A DNA stretch of 64,000 bases, from assembly GCA_963785005.1 (NCBI GenBank), contig CAWATS010000023.1, positions 229,778 through 293,777 on the forward strand, in the 5' to 3' direction. The notes under the pieces were generated by a model. That model was not told the origin of the DNA and searched no databases. It was given only the letters and a program-made list of their open reading frames with translations. Source of the DNA: an uncultured Actinomycetota bacterium (lineage in GTDB: Bacteria > Actinomycetota > Actinomycetes > Mycobacteriales > CADCTP01). This document shows positions 12,924-22,168 of this stretch, one piece after another. The stretch's first letter is position 1, and each line of letters opens with the position of its first letter. The translations under genes were made by a program, and so were the position numbers.

Positions 12924-13828
12924 GCTGCGCCTCCCGCTCGGCCGCCGGGCGGCCTGGCCTCGCTCGGTTCGCGCTGCGCGCTCACGGCACTCCGGAACGG
13001 CAGCCGGGCGTCGACCGGCTGGTCGCGCCAGGTGTCCCGGACCCAGGCGTGCGCAGGGTCGTCGCAGATCCGCCAGGCCCGCTCGGCGCCCGGCCCGGCC
13101 ATCACGTTCAGGTAGTAGAGGTCGTAGCCGGGCGCCGCCATCGACGGCCCGTGCCAGCCGCGCGGGACCAGCACCACGTCGCCGTCGCGCACCTCGGCGA
13201 GCACCTCGGCCGCGCCGTACACGCGCTGGTAGGCGATGCCGCCCGGCTCGCCCTGGAAGTAGTAGATCTCCTCCAGCACCGACTCGCCGGGCCGGTCCTC
13301 GTCGTGCTTGTGCGGCGGGTAGGACGACCAGTTCCCGGCCGGGGTGAGCACCTCGCAGGCGATCAGCCGGTCGGCCCCGAAGGCCTCCGGGGTGCAGAAG
13401 TTGTGCACCTGCCGGGAGCAGGAGCCGGCGCCGCGCAGCTCGACCGGCACCTCGTCCGCGCCGACCGTCCGGAACGGCAGCCGCCCGCTCGCCCGGGCCG
13501 ACGGCAGTGCGAACCGGCCACCGTCCACTGAGGACACCTCGGCGCGGCCGCCGACCGGCAGGTAGGCGAAGTCGGTCGGTCCGCAGAAGACGCCCCGACG
13601 CCCGGTCAGCTCCGTCTCGGCGCCGTCGAAGCGCACCGTGCACGAGCCCCGCAGCGGCAGGACGAGCATCTCCTCCCCGCCGGTGTCGAAGCCGTGCGAG
13701 CCGCCGGGGGCCAGCTCCAGCACCCGCAGTCCCGCGTACGCCCAGCCGGCGTCGTCCGGGCTCAGCTCGCACGCCCACGGCCCGGAGGCGAGGGTGGCCG
13801 CCGGCCGGTACAGCCCGGCCCCGGTCAC
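12920..13828 (-). CDS. iolB: 5-deoxy-glucuronate isomerase
   Basis: 302 codons from GTG 13828 (GTGA overlap with the upstream stop). It has a cupin-like IolB pattern (SSYPPHKHDE...EEIYYF). Context supports it. Confidence 0.85.
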
Positions 13829-14877
13829 GACCGCACCGCCCTCAGGCCGCCGGCCGGGTCGCCGGTCGGGTCGCCGGCCGGGTCGCCGGCCGGGTCGCGG
13901 ACCGCCGCAGCGGCCGGACCGGGCAGCGGCGCGTCCGGGTGCACCAGTCGGGCGGCGGTGTCCACGGCGCCGGCCACGTCGCCGTCCCGCGGGTAGAGCA
14001 GGGTCCGACCGACCACCAGCCCGCGCACACCGGGCAGGGTGAGCGCACTCTCCCACTCCGCGTACGTCTGCTCGGCGGAGCCGTCCGGGTCCCCGCCGAG
14101 CAGCAGGGTGGGCAGCGTGGTCGCCGCCATGACCGCACCCATCTGCGGGACCACCGGCAGCTTGAGCCAGGTGTACGCACTCGTCGTGCCCAGTCCGGCG
14201 GCGATCGCGACCGACCGCACCACGGCCGACGTGGACAGGTCGTTGTGCACCACCTCGTCGATCCGGCGGGACAGGAACGGCTCCACCATCGCCATCAGGC
14301 CGTGCGCGGCGAGCCCGCTGACGGCCCGGCTGCAGGCCTGCAGAGTGGACACCGTGCCCGGGTCGTCGAGGTCGATCCGGCAGAGCATCTTGCCGCCGTC
14401 GAAGCCGGCCGCGGCCACCGAGTCCGGGTCGTAGGCGGTGAACCGGTCGTCGAGCTCGAACCGGGCGCCGGCCAGGCCACCGCGGTTCATCGAGGCGATC
14501 ACGACCTTGCCGTCCAGGGCGCCGAGCAGCAGCAGGTCCTCCAGGACGTCCGCGGTGCCGAGCACGCCGTCCACGCCGGGCCGGCGCAGCGCGACGACGA
14601 GCCGCTCCAGCAGGTCGTAGCGGTCGGCCATCGCCAGCGCCGAGTCCCGCACGCCGAGGGCGCCGCGGGCGGGATGGTCGGCGGCCACCAGCATGAGCTG
14701 GCCGCGGGCGGCGAGCAGCGGTCGCCGGCGCCGGGCGGCGGCGGCCTGTGCGATGGCCTCCGGCCGGTGCGCGCGAGCCTCGCGCAGGGCCTCGAAGTCG
14801 GGGGCGTCGGCGCCGCGCCCGATGCCGGCCGGCCCGGAGCCGGAGCGGGGCTCAGGCACGGACCGCTCCGTCCGCAC
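13825..14877 (-). CDS. (beta/alpha)8 aldolase-like protein, probable 5-dehydro-2-deoxyphosphogluconate aldolase (C. glutamicum IolJ / Cgl0159-type)
   Basis: A 350-aa ORF between iolC and iolB with an aldolase-like core (LMLVAADHPARG...MVEPF...LKLP). The GTG 14877 start is uncertain. Its C-terminal tail is encoded by a 12-bp tandem repeat. Confidence 0.7.
   Translation of the reverse strand: MRTERSVPEPRSGSGPAGIGRGADAPDFEALREARAHRPEAIAQAAAARRRRPLLAARGQLMLVAADHPARGALGVRDSALAMADRYDLLERLVVALRRPGVDGVLGTADVLEDLLLLGALDGKVVIASMNRGGLAGARFELDDRFTAYDPDSVAAAGFDGGKMLCRIDLDDPGTVSTLQACSRAVSGLAAHGLMAMVEPFLSRRIDEVVHNDLSTSAVVRSVAIAAGLGTTSAYTWLKLPVVPQMGAVMAATTLPTLLLGGDPDGSAEQTYAEWESALTLPGVRGLVVGRTLLYPRDGDVAGAVDTAARLVHPDAPLPGPAAAAVRDPAGDPAGDPTGDPAGGLRAVRS
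13856..13903 (-). repeat. 4 x 12-bp in-frame tandem repeat encoding D-P-A/T-G units
   Basis: The units are gggtcgccggtc / gggtcgccggcc / gggtcgccggcc / gggtcgcggacc. On the minus strand they read RDPAGDPAGDPTGDPAGG. Confidence 0.9.
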
Positions 14878-14883
14878 CGCTGC

Positions 14884-15927
14884 CTACCGCCGCTGCGCCG
14901 CCGGCCGGCCGGTCGCGAGCGGGCCGGCGGCGGGGAGGGTGGCGCCGCGGTCGGCCGCGGCGATCGCAGCCTCGACCTCGTCGCCGCTCGGCATCGCGGT
15001 CGAGCACTCCAGCCGGGACGCGACGATCGCGCCGGCCGCGTTGGCGAAGCGGAGCACCCGCTCGAGCGGCCAACCGGCCAGCAGGCCCCGGCACAGCGCG
15101 CCGCCGAAGGCGTCGCCGGCACCGAGCCCGTTGACCACCTCGACCGGGATCGGTGCGACCTCGACCAGCTCGTCCCGGGTGCGGGCCAGCACCCCCTTCG
15201 GCCCCTGCTTGACCACCGCCAGCTCGATCCCGCGCTCCAGCAGCGCCGCCGCCGCGCGGTACGGGTCGCGCTCGCCGACGGCGGTGTGGCACTCGTCGAG
15301 GTTGCCGACGGCGACGGTGACCTGCTCCAGCGCCGGGGACAGCTGCTCGCGGGCGGCCTCGCGCGTGCTCCAGAACATCGGCCGGTAGTCCAGGTCGAGG
15401 ACGGTGTGCCGGCGGCGGCCGCGGACGGCCCAGGCGGCGTGGTGCGCGGAGCGGCTCGGCTCCTCGGCCAGCGCGGAGCCGGTGGTCCAGAAGACCCGGG
15501 CGTCCCGGACCGCGGCCGGGTCGAAGTCCGCCGCGGTCAGCTGCATGTCCGGCGCGGCCGGGCGGCGGTAGAAGTACAGCGGGAAGTCGTCGGGCGGGAA
15601 GATCTCGCAGAAGGTGACCGGTGTCGGCAGGTCGGCGACCGGCGTGACGAAGCGGTCGTCGACGCCGAGCTCGCGCAGCGCCCGGTGCACGAAGCGGCCG
15701 AACGGGTCGTCGCCGGTGCGGGTGACCAGCGCGGTGCGCAGCCCGTACCGGGCGGCGGCGACCGCGACGTTGGCGGCGGTCCCGCCGAGGAACCTGCCGA
15801 AGGTGTGCACGTCCTCGAGGCGGACCCCGACCTGCAGCGGGTAGAGGTCCACGCCGGTCCGGCCGGCGGTCAGCACGTCGTACGCCGGGCCTGGCGGGGA
15901 GGGCTCGACGCGGTGGACGGGCTCCAT
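14884..15927 (-). CDS. iolC: 5-dehydro-2-deoxygluconokinase (PfkB family)
   Basis: 347 codons from ATG 15927, preceded by GGGAGGTG. It has PfkB motifs (GGTAANVAVA, GAGDAFGGAL). It is the first gene of the iol operon. Confidence 0.85.
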   Translation of the reverse strand: MEPVHRVEPSPPGPAYDVLTAGRTGVDLYPLQVGVRLEDVHTFGRFLGGTAANVAVAAARYGLRTALVTRTGDDPFGRFVHRALRELGVDDRFVTPVADLPTPVTFCEIFPPDDFPLYFYRRPAAPDMQLTAADFDPAAVRDARVFWTTGSALAEEPSRSAHHAAWAVRGRRRHTVLDLDYRPMFWSTREAAREQLSPALEQVTVAVGNLDECHTAVGERDPYRAAAALLERGIELAVVKQGPKGVLARTRDELVEVAPIPVEVVNGLGAGDAFGGALCRGLLAGWPLERVLRFANAAGAIVASRLECSTAMPSGDEVEAAIAAADRGATLPAAGPLATGRPAAQRR

Positions 15928-16005
15928 CTCACCTCCCGCGTCCGCTGGGCCAGAAGGGCGTTGCGGTGGAGCGTCGCGCACGGTGCGAACCCTTGTCAAG
16001 AGTTC

Positions 16006-16029
16006 GTCAGTATGTCCTGACATATTGAC
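16006..16029. promoter_or_regulatory. candidate GntR/IolR operator (24-bp imperfect palindrome)
   Basis: GTCAGTATGTCCTGACATATTGAC shows 20/24 dyad symmetry, with a perfect core TATGTC-CT-GACATA. It is AT-rich relative to its surroundings. It lies in the divergent iolC/regulator intergenic region and overlaps a TTGACG(-35)-N16-TAATGG(-10)-like element for the + strand gene. Confidence 0.5.
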
Positions 16030-16101
16030 GTCGTGATGCTGGGAGGTAATGGAGTACGCTGCCGAGGATTGCGGCGCCGTCCGGCCTCTCGGGGGTAGTC
16101 G

Positions 16102-16842
16102 ATGGCTGAGCTGACCGTGGACCTCGACCGGTCCAGCCCGGTGCCGCTCTACTTCCAGGTCTCCCGGCAGATCGAGGCCGCGATCGAGAGCGGCGACCTC
16201 GGGCCCGGCGACCGGCTGGAGAACGAGATCAGCCTGGCCGACCGGTGGGGGCTGTCCCGGCCGACCATGCGCCGGGCGATCGAGGAGCTGGTCGACAAGG
16301 GCCTGCTGGTCCGGCGGCGCGGCATCGGCACCCAGGTCGTGCACGGCCGGGTGAACCGCCGGATGGACCTCACGAGCCTCTACGACGACCTCGCCCGCTC
16401 CGACCAGGCGCCGACGACCCAGCTGCTGACCCGGGAGCTGGTCCCGGCGACCGGGCACGTCGCCGACCGGCTGGGCCTGCCGGTCGGCGCCGAGGTGCTG
16501 CACATCGGGCGGCTGCGCTACGCGCGCGGCGAGCCGCTCGCGGTGATGGCCAACTGGCTGCCGGTCGAGCTGGCGGCCGCGCTGAGCGCCGAGGCGCTGG
16601 AGTCGCGGGGACTCTACGAGCTGATCCGCGGCACCGGCGCGCACCTGCGGATCGCCAGCCAGCGGATCGCCGCCCGCGGGGCGACGACGCAGGAGGCGAG
16701 GCTGCTCCGGCTGCGGAAGGGCTCGCCGCTGCTGACCATGGAGCGCACGACGTACGACGGGTCCGGGCAGGCGGTGGAGCTCGGCAACCACGCCTACCGC
16801 GCGGACACGTACTCGATCGAGATGACCGTCGTCGAGCGCTGA
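16102..16842 (+). CDS. iolR: GntR-family (HutC-subfamily, UTRA domain) transcriptional regulator, probable iol repressor
   Basis: A 246-aa ORF with a winged-helix N-terminus (PLYFQVSRQIEAAIESGDLGPGDRLENEISLADRWGLSRPTMRRAIEELV) and a UTRA-like C-terminus. It is divergent from iolC. The symbol is assigned by position only. Confidence 0.8.
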   Translation: MAELTVDLDRSSPVPLYFQVSRQIEAAIESGDLGPGDRLENEISLADRWGLSRPTMRRAIEELVDKGLLVRRRGIGTQVVHGRVNRRMDLTSLYDDLARSDQAPTTQLLTRELVPATGHVADRLGLPVGAEVLHIGRLRYARGEPLAVMANWLPVELAAALSAEALESRGLYELIRGTGAHLRIASQRIAARGATTQEARLLRLRKGSPLLTMERTTYDGSGQAVELGNHAYRADTYSIEMTVVER

Positions 16843-16850
16843 GTCGATCC

Positions 16851-17798
16851 TCAGACCCGGCGGCGGGCGAGGTCGGCGGCGCCGATCAGGCCGGCTTCCG
16901 GGCCGAGGGCGGCGAGCCGGATCGGCGCGGCGGGCCGGAAGCCGCGGCCGGTCAGGTTGGCCGCGAACGCCTCCTGGGCCGGCGCCAGCAGCAGGACGCC
17001 GGCCTCCGAGACACCGCCGCCGATCACGACGACGCTGGGGTCGATGATCGCGGCGAGGTCGGCTATCCCTCGGCCCAGCCAGCGGCCCATGGCGGTGAAT
17101 ATCTCGACCGCGGCCGGGTCGCCCTCCCGGGCGGCGATCGTGACGTCGGTGCCGGTGAGCGCGGCCGGGTCGCCGTCGACCAGCTCCAGCAGCCGGTGCG
17201 CCGCGACCGGCGAGACCTCGGCCAGCTCGCGGGCGTCGCGGGCCAGCGCGGTGCCGCTCGCGTACATCTCCCAGCAGCCGCGGTTGCCGCAGGCGCACCG
17301 CCGCCCGTCCGGGACGGCCACCATGTGCCCCCACTCGCACGCCACGCCGGAGGCGCCGCGGTAGAGCACGCCGGAGACGACCAGCCCGCCGCCGATCCCG
17401 GTGCCCAGCGTGACGCAGCAGACCACCCGCTCGCCGCGCGCGGCGCCGTAGCGGTACTCGGCCCAGGCGGCGGCGTTGGCGTCGTTCTCCACCGTCACCG
17501 GCAGGCCGATCCGATCCACCAGCGCGTCCCGCAGCGGCTCGTCGCGCCAGGCCAGGTGCGGGGAGAACAGCACGGTGGCCCTGTCGTTGGCGATCCAGCC
17601 GGCGGCGCCGACGCCCACCGCCACCACGTCATAGCGCTCGGCGAGCTCGGCGACGGACTCCGCGATCGCGTCCTCGGTGCCGGCGACGTCCTCGCCCGGG
17701 GTGGGACGGCGCACCAGCGCGAGCACGCCGCCGGACTCGTCCACCACGCCCGCCGCCACCTTGGTGCCGCCGATGTCGACTCCGATGGCCAGCGCCAC
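16851..17798 (-). CDS. glk: ROK-family glucokinase
   Basis: 315 codons from GTG 17798, 2 nt after the upstream stop. It has the DIGGTK ATP motif and the ROK zinc motif CACGNRGCWE. Confidence 0.85.
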   Translation of the reverse strand: MALAIGVDIGGTKVAAGVVDESGGVLALVRRPTPGEDVAGTEDAIAESVAELAERYDVVAVGVGAAGWIANDRATVLFSPHLAWRDEPLRDALVDRIGLPVTVENDANAAAWAEYRYGAARGERVVCCVTLGTGIGGGLVVSGVLYRGASGVACEWGHMVAVPDGRRCACGNRGCWEMYASGTALARDARELAEVSPVAAHRLLELVDGDPAALTGTDVTIAAREGDPAAVEIFTAMGRWLGRGIADLAAIIDPSVVVIGGGVSEAGVLLLAPAQEAFAANLTGRGFRPAAPIRLAALGPEAGLIGAADLARRRV

Positions 17799-17800
17799 GC

Positions 17801-18160
17801 TCAGTCCCCGGCGGGATCGGGGTCGAGGGGGATCGGCTGCACCCGCGCCGGGCCCGGCCCGGCCGGCGGGGACGGCCGGGTCGGCCGGCTCGCCCGGGCC
17901 GAGGAGCGGTTGAGGGCGTCCGCGACCGTGGCGAGAGCGCCGGCCGCGGCGGTCATCGCGTCGGCCAGCCGGTCGGTGACATCGGGCCGCTGCCCGCGCA
18001 GCACCGAGATCGCCTGGCAGACCGGGCAGTAGCGGCACTCCTCGGCACCGGTGGCGAGGTGCCGGTCGGTGTCCGGGAAGGTGCGCGCCGCCCAGTCCCG
18101 CGCCGCCTCGACCAGCCGGGCCGCCTCCTCCCCCAGCGACCCGGGCTCCGGCGCCGTCAC
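17801..18160 (-). CDS. small conserved actinobacterial protein with CxYCPVC motif (DUF5304-like, from memory)
   Basis: 119 codons from GTG 18160 (GTGA overlap with the ArsA-like stop). The core sequence is EECRYCPVCQAISVLRG. Confidence 0.6.
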   Translation of the reverse strand: MTAPEPGSLGEEAARLVEAARDWAARTFPDTDRHLATGAEECRYCPVCQAISVLRGQRPDVTDRLADAMTAAAGALATVADALNRSSARASRPTRPSPPAGPGPARVQPIPLDPDPAGD

Positions 18161-19359
18161 CGGTCGACCCCGCGCGGCCACAGCTGCGGGTCGGGCCGGA
18201 AGCGCACCCGGACCGCTCCATCGCCGGCGGCGGCCCCGACCGCCACGCACCGCCGCAGCCCACTCGGCAGCGTGAGCCGCCGGCGCTGCCCGCCGACGGT
18301 GAGCACCAGCTCGTCGCCCGAGCGGGCCAGCTGCACCTGCTCGGGCCGGACGAACGGCAGCCCGACCCGCAGCACGTACTGCTCGCCGTCCCGCTCGACG
18401 GCGATCGGCTCGGCGGTCCCGGCGGCGAGCGGGTCGTCGTCGCCGTACAGCTCGGACCCGAGCTCCAGCAACGCCGGGACGCCCACCGGCTCGGCCGCGC
18501 GGTAGCCGACCGTGCGCACCGGCAGGTCGGGCACCGACTCGGTGAGCTCGGCCAGTGCCGCCCGCTGCGAGGACAGCCAGGCCGCGCCCCACGGCGAGTC
18601 GCCCGCCTCCGGCGGGAAGACCCGGTTCGCCACCACCGAGTCGACCGCGTAGCCGTGCAGCGCGAGCGCCGTCAGCGTCCGCCGCGCCTCGGCGACGACC
18701 ACCGACTCCGGCGTGAGCACCAGCCGGACCGACGCCACGCCCGGCGTCGTCAGCAGCGAGCGCACCTCCGCCAGCGAGCCGTGCAGCCGGCCGACCGCGT
18801 CCAGCACCGAGTCCGGCGGCAGCACCGGATCACCGGCGAGCCGGCCCAGCACCGGGCGCAGCGACCGCACCACCCGCCGGTGCGCCGGCCACACCCGCTC
18901 CAGGTAGACCGCCAGCGCCTCCGGCAGCGACAGCAGCCGCAGCGTCTCCGCCGTGGGCGCGCAGTCGACCAGCACCGCGTCCCACGGCCCGCCGACGGCC
19001 TGGTCGCGCACCTCGAGCAGCGCGAAGACCTCGGCCGCGCCGGGCAGCACGGTCAGCTCCTCGGCGGCCAGCCCGTCCAGGCCGCCCTGCGCGAGCAGCC
19101 CGCCCAGCCAGGACCGCACGTCCGCCCAGCTGTGCTCGAAGCGGCGCTGGGCGTCCACCTGCATCGCGGCCAGCCCGCCGGAGACCTCCCGCGGCTCCGG
19201 GCCCAGCGGGACCCCGAGCGCGTCGGCGAGCGAGTGCGCGGGGTCGGTGGACACGACGAGCGCCTTGCGCCCGCGCGCGGCGAGCAGCGCGGCCGTCGCC
19301 GCGGCAGCGGTGGTCTTGCCGACCCCGCCCTTGCCGGTGAACAGGACTATCCGCGACAC
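18157..19359 (-). CDS. ArsA/GET3-family P-loop ATPase
   Basis: 400 codons from GTG 19359. It has a deviant Walker A GKGGVGKTT and an ArsA-like DCAPTAETLRLL segment. Confidence 0.85.
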   Translation of the reverse strand: MSRIVLFTGKGGVGKTTAAAATAALLAARGRKALVVSTDPAHSLADALGVPLGPEPREVSGGLAAMQVDAQRRFEHSWADVRSWLGGLLAQGGLDGLAAEELTVLPGAAEVFALLEVRDQAVGGPWDAVLVDCAPTAETLRLLSLPEALAVYLERVWPAHRRVVRSLRPVLGRLAGDPVLPPDSVLDAVGRLHGSLAEVRSLLTTPGVASVRLVLTPESVVVAEARRTLTALALHGYAVDSVVANRVFPPEAGDSPWGAAWLSSQRAALAELTESVPDLPVRTVGYRAAEPVGVPALLELGSELYGDDDPLAAGTAEPIAVERDGEQYVLRVGLPFVRPEQVQLARSGDELVLTVGGQRRRLTLPSGLRRCVAVGAAAGDGAVRVRFRPDPQLWPRGVDR

Positions 19360-19364
19360 GCCGG

Positions 19365-19796
19365 CTATCTCTCGACGCGCTTCTTGAGCTCCTTCAGGGC
19401 GGTGTCCATGATCACCTTCTCGGCCTTCCGCTTGAACATGCCGAGCATCGGGATCGCCAGGTCCACCGCGAGGTGGTAGGTCACCTCGGTCGACCCGCCC
19501 CGGGGAACCAGCACGTACGAGCCCTGCTGGCTCTTCTGCATCTGCCCGCGGACCAGCCGCCAGTCGACCCGCTCGTCGCCGGTCCACTCGTACGTCAGCA
19601 CGTAGTCGTCCTTGACGACGCCCGCGTCCAGCACGAAGCGGACCTGCTCGGCCCGCCCGCCCGCTCCCGGCGAGACCACCTCGGCGGTCTTGACCGACTT
19701 CGCCCACTCCGGGTACGCCGGGAAGTCCGCTATCACGGCCATGATCGCCGCCGGCGGCGCGTCGATGACGATCGACTGGGTGGACTGGTCGGCCAT
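19365..19796 (-). CDS. SRPBCC (START/cyclase-dehydrase-like) family protein
   Basis: A 143-aa ATG ORF with a typical SRPBCC pattern (IVIDAPPAAIMAVIADFPAYPEW). Confidence 0.75.
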   Translation of the reverse strand: MADQSTQSIVIDAPPAAIMAVIADFPAYPEWAKSVKTAEVVSPGAGGRAEQVRFVLDAGVVKDDYVLTYEWTGDERVDWRLVRGQMQKSQQGSYVLVPRGGSTEVTYHLAVDLAIPMLGMFKRKAEKVIMDTALKELKKRVER

Positions 19797-19806
19797 GCGG
19801 CAGAGG

Positions 19807-20577
19807 CTACCGCTCCCAGTGCAGCACCCAGGGCCGGCCGGTGCCGCGGAAGTGGCCGACGTTGACGCACTCGGTGCGGCCGATCCTGCTCCGCCGCTGC
19901 AGCGGCTGGTGCACGTGCCCGAAGAGGGCGTACCTCGGCTGCGTAGTCCGGATCGCGTCCAGCAGCGCCTCGCTCCCCCGCTCGAAGCGCCGCGCCACGA
20001 CGTCGTACGTCAGCTCCGGCAGCGCCGGCGGGATGTGCGAGCAGAGCACGTCCACCTCGCCGACGGCGGCCACCTTCGCGGCGAACTCCTCGTCGGAGAC
20101 CTCGTACGGCGTGCGCATCGGGCTGCGCAGGCCGCCACCGACGAAGCCGAACCGCCAGCCGTCCAGCTCGGCCGTGGTGCCGTCGTGCACGTACACGCCG
20201 TCCCGGGCGAAGTCCGGCCACACCGTCGGGACGTCCACGTTGCCGTAGGTCAGGTAGGTGGGGGTCGGGAAGGCGGCGAACAGGCGCGCGTACTGCTCGC
20301 GGATCGCCGCACCGACCGCGGCGTCCCGGTCCGGCACCCGCGCCCAGAGCGACCGGGTGAACTCCCGGGCCTCGTCGAAGCGCCGCGCGGTCCGCAGCTC
20401 GACGAACCGGCCGACCGCCTCGGCACCGAAGATGCCGCCGAGGATGCCGCCGCCGTGGTCGGCGTAGTCGACGAACAGCAGCAGGTCGCCGAGGCAGACC
20501 AGCGCGTCGGCGCCGGCACCGGCCCGGGCCAGCGCGTCCGCCCGACCGTGGACGTCGGAGACCACGTGGACCCGCAC
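19807..20577 (-). CDS. metallophosphoesterase family protein
   Basis: A 256-aa ORF with SDVHG, GDLL and GHVH motifs. Confidence 0.8.
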   Translation of the reverse strand: MRVHVVSDVHGRADALARAGAGADALVCLGDLLLFVDYADHGGGILGGIFGAEAVGRFVELRTARRFDEAREFTRSLWARVPDRDAAVGAAIREQYARLFAAFPTPTYLTYGNVDVPTVWPDFARDGVYVHDGTTAELDGWRFGFVGGGLRSPMRTPYEVSDEEFAAKVAAVGEVDVLCSHIPPALPELTYDVVARRFERGSEALLDAIRTTQPRYALFGHVHQPLQRRSRIGRTECVNVGHFRGTGRPWVLHWER

Positions 20578-20659
20578 ACCGGCGACCCTATGCCGCCCGC
20601 GCCGGTCACCGGGAGCGGCTGGGCGCGGTCACCGCCGGGGCTGGTGTTAGCGTCCCGCC

Positions 20660-22168
20660 GTGCAGCAGGAGGCGGGTCAGCCCGGCGCGACCGGCAGCTG
20701 CGGGCCGGGCGCCACGGCGGGCAGCCGCTCCCGCATCGGGATCCTCGTGGTCGCCTACAACGCCGAGTCGACGCTGGCCGCGACGCTGGACCGCATCCCG
20801 GCCGACTTCCGGTCCCGGATCGAGGAGATCCTGGTCTGCGACGACGCCAGCGTCGACAACACCGTCGACGTCGCCGTGCGGTGGCGGGCGGTCAACGGCA
20901 CGCCGCCGACCACGATCGTCCGGCACCTTCGGAACCGCGGCTACGGCGGCAACCAGAAGGCCGGCTACCGGATGGCCATCGACCGCGGCCTGGACATCGT
21001 GGTCCTGCTGCACGGCGACGGCCAGTACGCGCCGGAGCTGCTGGCCGACATGGTGGCGCCGCTGGAGCGCGGCGAGTGCGACGCCGTGTTCGGCTCCCGG
21101 ATGATGATCCCCGGCGCGGCCCGGCGCGGCGGGATGCCGATGTACAAGTGGGCCGGCAACAAGATCCTCACCCACGTCGAGAACCGGCTGCTCGGCTCCC
21201 GGCTCACCGAGTTCCACTCCGGCTACCGGGCCTACCGCGTCGGCGCGCTGGCCGAGCTGCCGTTCGAGCGCAACACCGACGACTTCGACTTCGACACCCA
21301 GATCATCGTGCAGCTCCTCGACCGCGGGATGCGGATCGCGGAGATCCCCATCCCGACGTACTACGGCGACGAGATCTGCTACGTCAACGGGTTGCGCTAC
21401 GCCCGGGACGTGGTCCGCGACGTCCTGCAGTACCGGCTCGGCAAGGTCGGCTTCGGCACCCGGGAGTGGGTCCCGGCCGGCGAGGAGTACCGCCTGAAGG
21501 AGGGTGAGGGCACGTCGCACACCGTCGTCGTCGACATGCTCACCGACCTCCCGCCGAAGCGCGTCCTCGATCTCGGCTGCTCCGGCGGCCGGCTCGCCGA
21601 GCGGCTGCGCAAGCTGGGCCACCACGTGACCGGCGTCGACGGCGTCGAGATCGACGGGGTGCGCGACCGGGTCGACGTGTTCGTGGCCGGCGACCTCGAG
21701 GCGGGCATCCCGGCCGCGGCCGGCAGCGGGTTCGACGTGGTCGTCGCGGCGGACGTCATCGAGCACGTGTCCCGGCCCGCGGAGCTGCTGCGGCAGATGG
21801 CGGCGGTGCTCGCCCCCGACGGCGAGATCATCCTGTCGACGCCGAACTTCGCGCACTGGTACCCCCGGGTCCGGGTGGCCACCGGGACGTTCGGCTACGA
21901 CCGGCGAGGCATCCTGGACGAGAGCCACCTGCGCTTCTTCACCCGGCGCAGCCTGTTGCACACCGTCCGCTCCGCCGGCCTGGAGGTCGGCGACGTCCGC
22001 TACACGGGCCTGCCGTTCGAGGTGCTGTCCGAGCGCCCGCGGGTGTCGTCGCGGCTGGCCCGCCGGTCCGACCGCCTGCTGGTCCGGCTGCGCCCGACGC
22101 TGTTCGGCTACCAGTTCGTGCTGCGGGTGACCCGGCGCCGCGACGGCTCCGTCACCCGCGGCCGCTGA
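20660..22168 (+). CDS. bifunctional glycosyltransferase family 2 / class I SAM-dependent methyltransferase
   Basis: A 502-aa ORF. The N-terminal half is GT-A (VVAYNAE...CDDAS.D...HGDGQY). The C-terminal half carries the methyltransferase motif I, VLDLGCSGG. Confidence 0.8.
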   Translation: MQQEAGQPGATGSCGPGATAGSRSRIGILVVAYNAESTLAATLDRIPADFRSRIEEILVCDDASVDNTVDVAVRWRAVNGTPPTTIVRHLRNRGYGGNQKAGYRMAIDRGLDIVVLLHGDGQYAPELLADMVAPLERGECDAVFGSRMMIPGAARRGGMPMYKWAGNKILTHVENRLLGSRLTEFHSGYRAYRVGALAELPFERNTDDFDFDTQIIVQLLDRGMRIAEIPIPTYYGDEICYVNGLRYARDVVRDVLQYRLGKVGFGTREWVPAGEEYRLKEGEGTSHTVVVDMLTDLPPKRVLDLGCSGGRLAERLRKLGHHVTGVDGVEIDGVRDRVDVFVAGDLEAGIPAAAGSGFDVVVAADVIEHVSRPAELLRQMAAVLAPDGEIILSTPNFAHWYPRVRVATGTFGYDRRGILDESHLRFFTRRSLLHTVRSAGLEVGDVRYTGLPFEVLSERPRVSSRLARRSDRLLVRLRPTLFGYQFVLRVTRRRDGSVTRGR

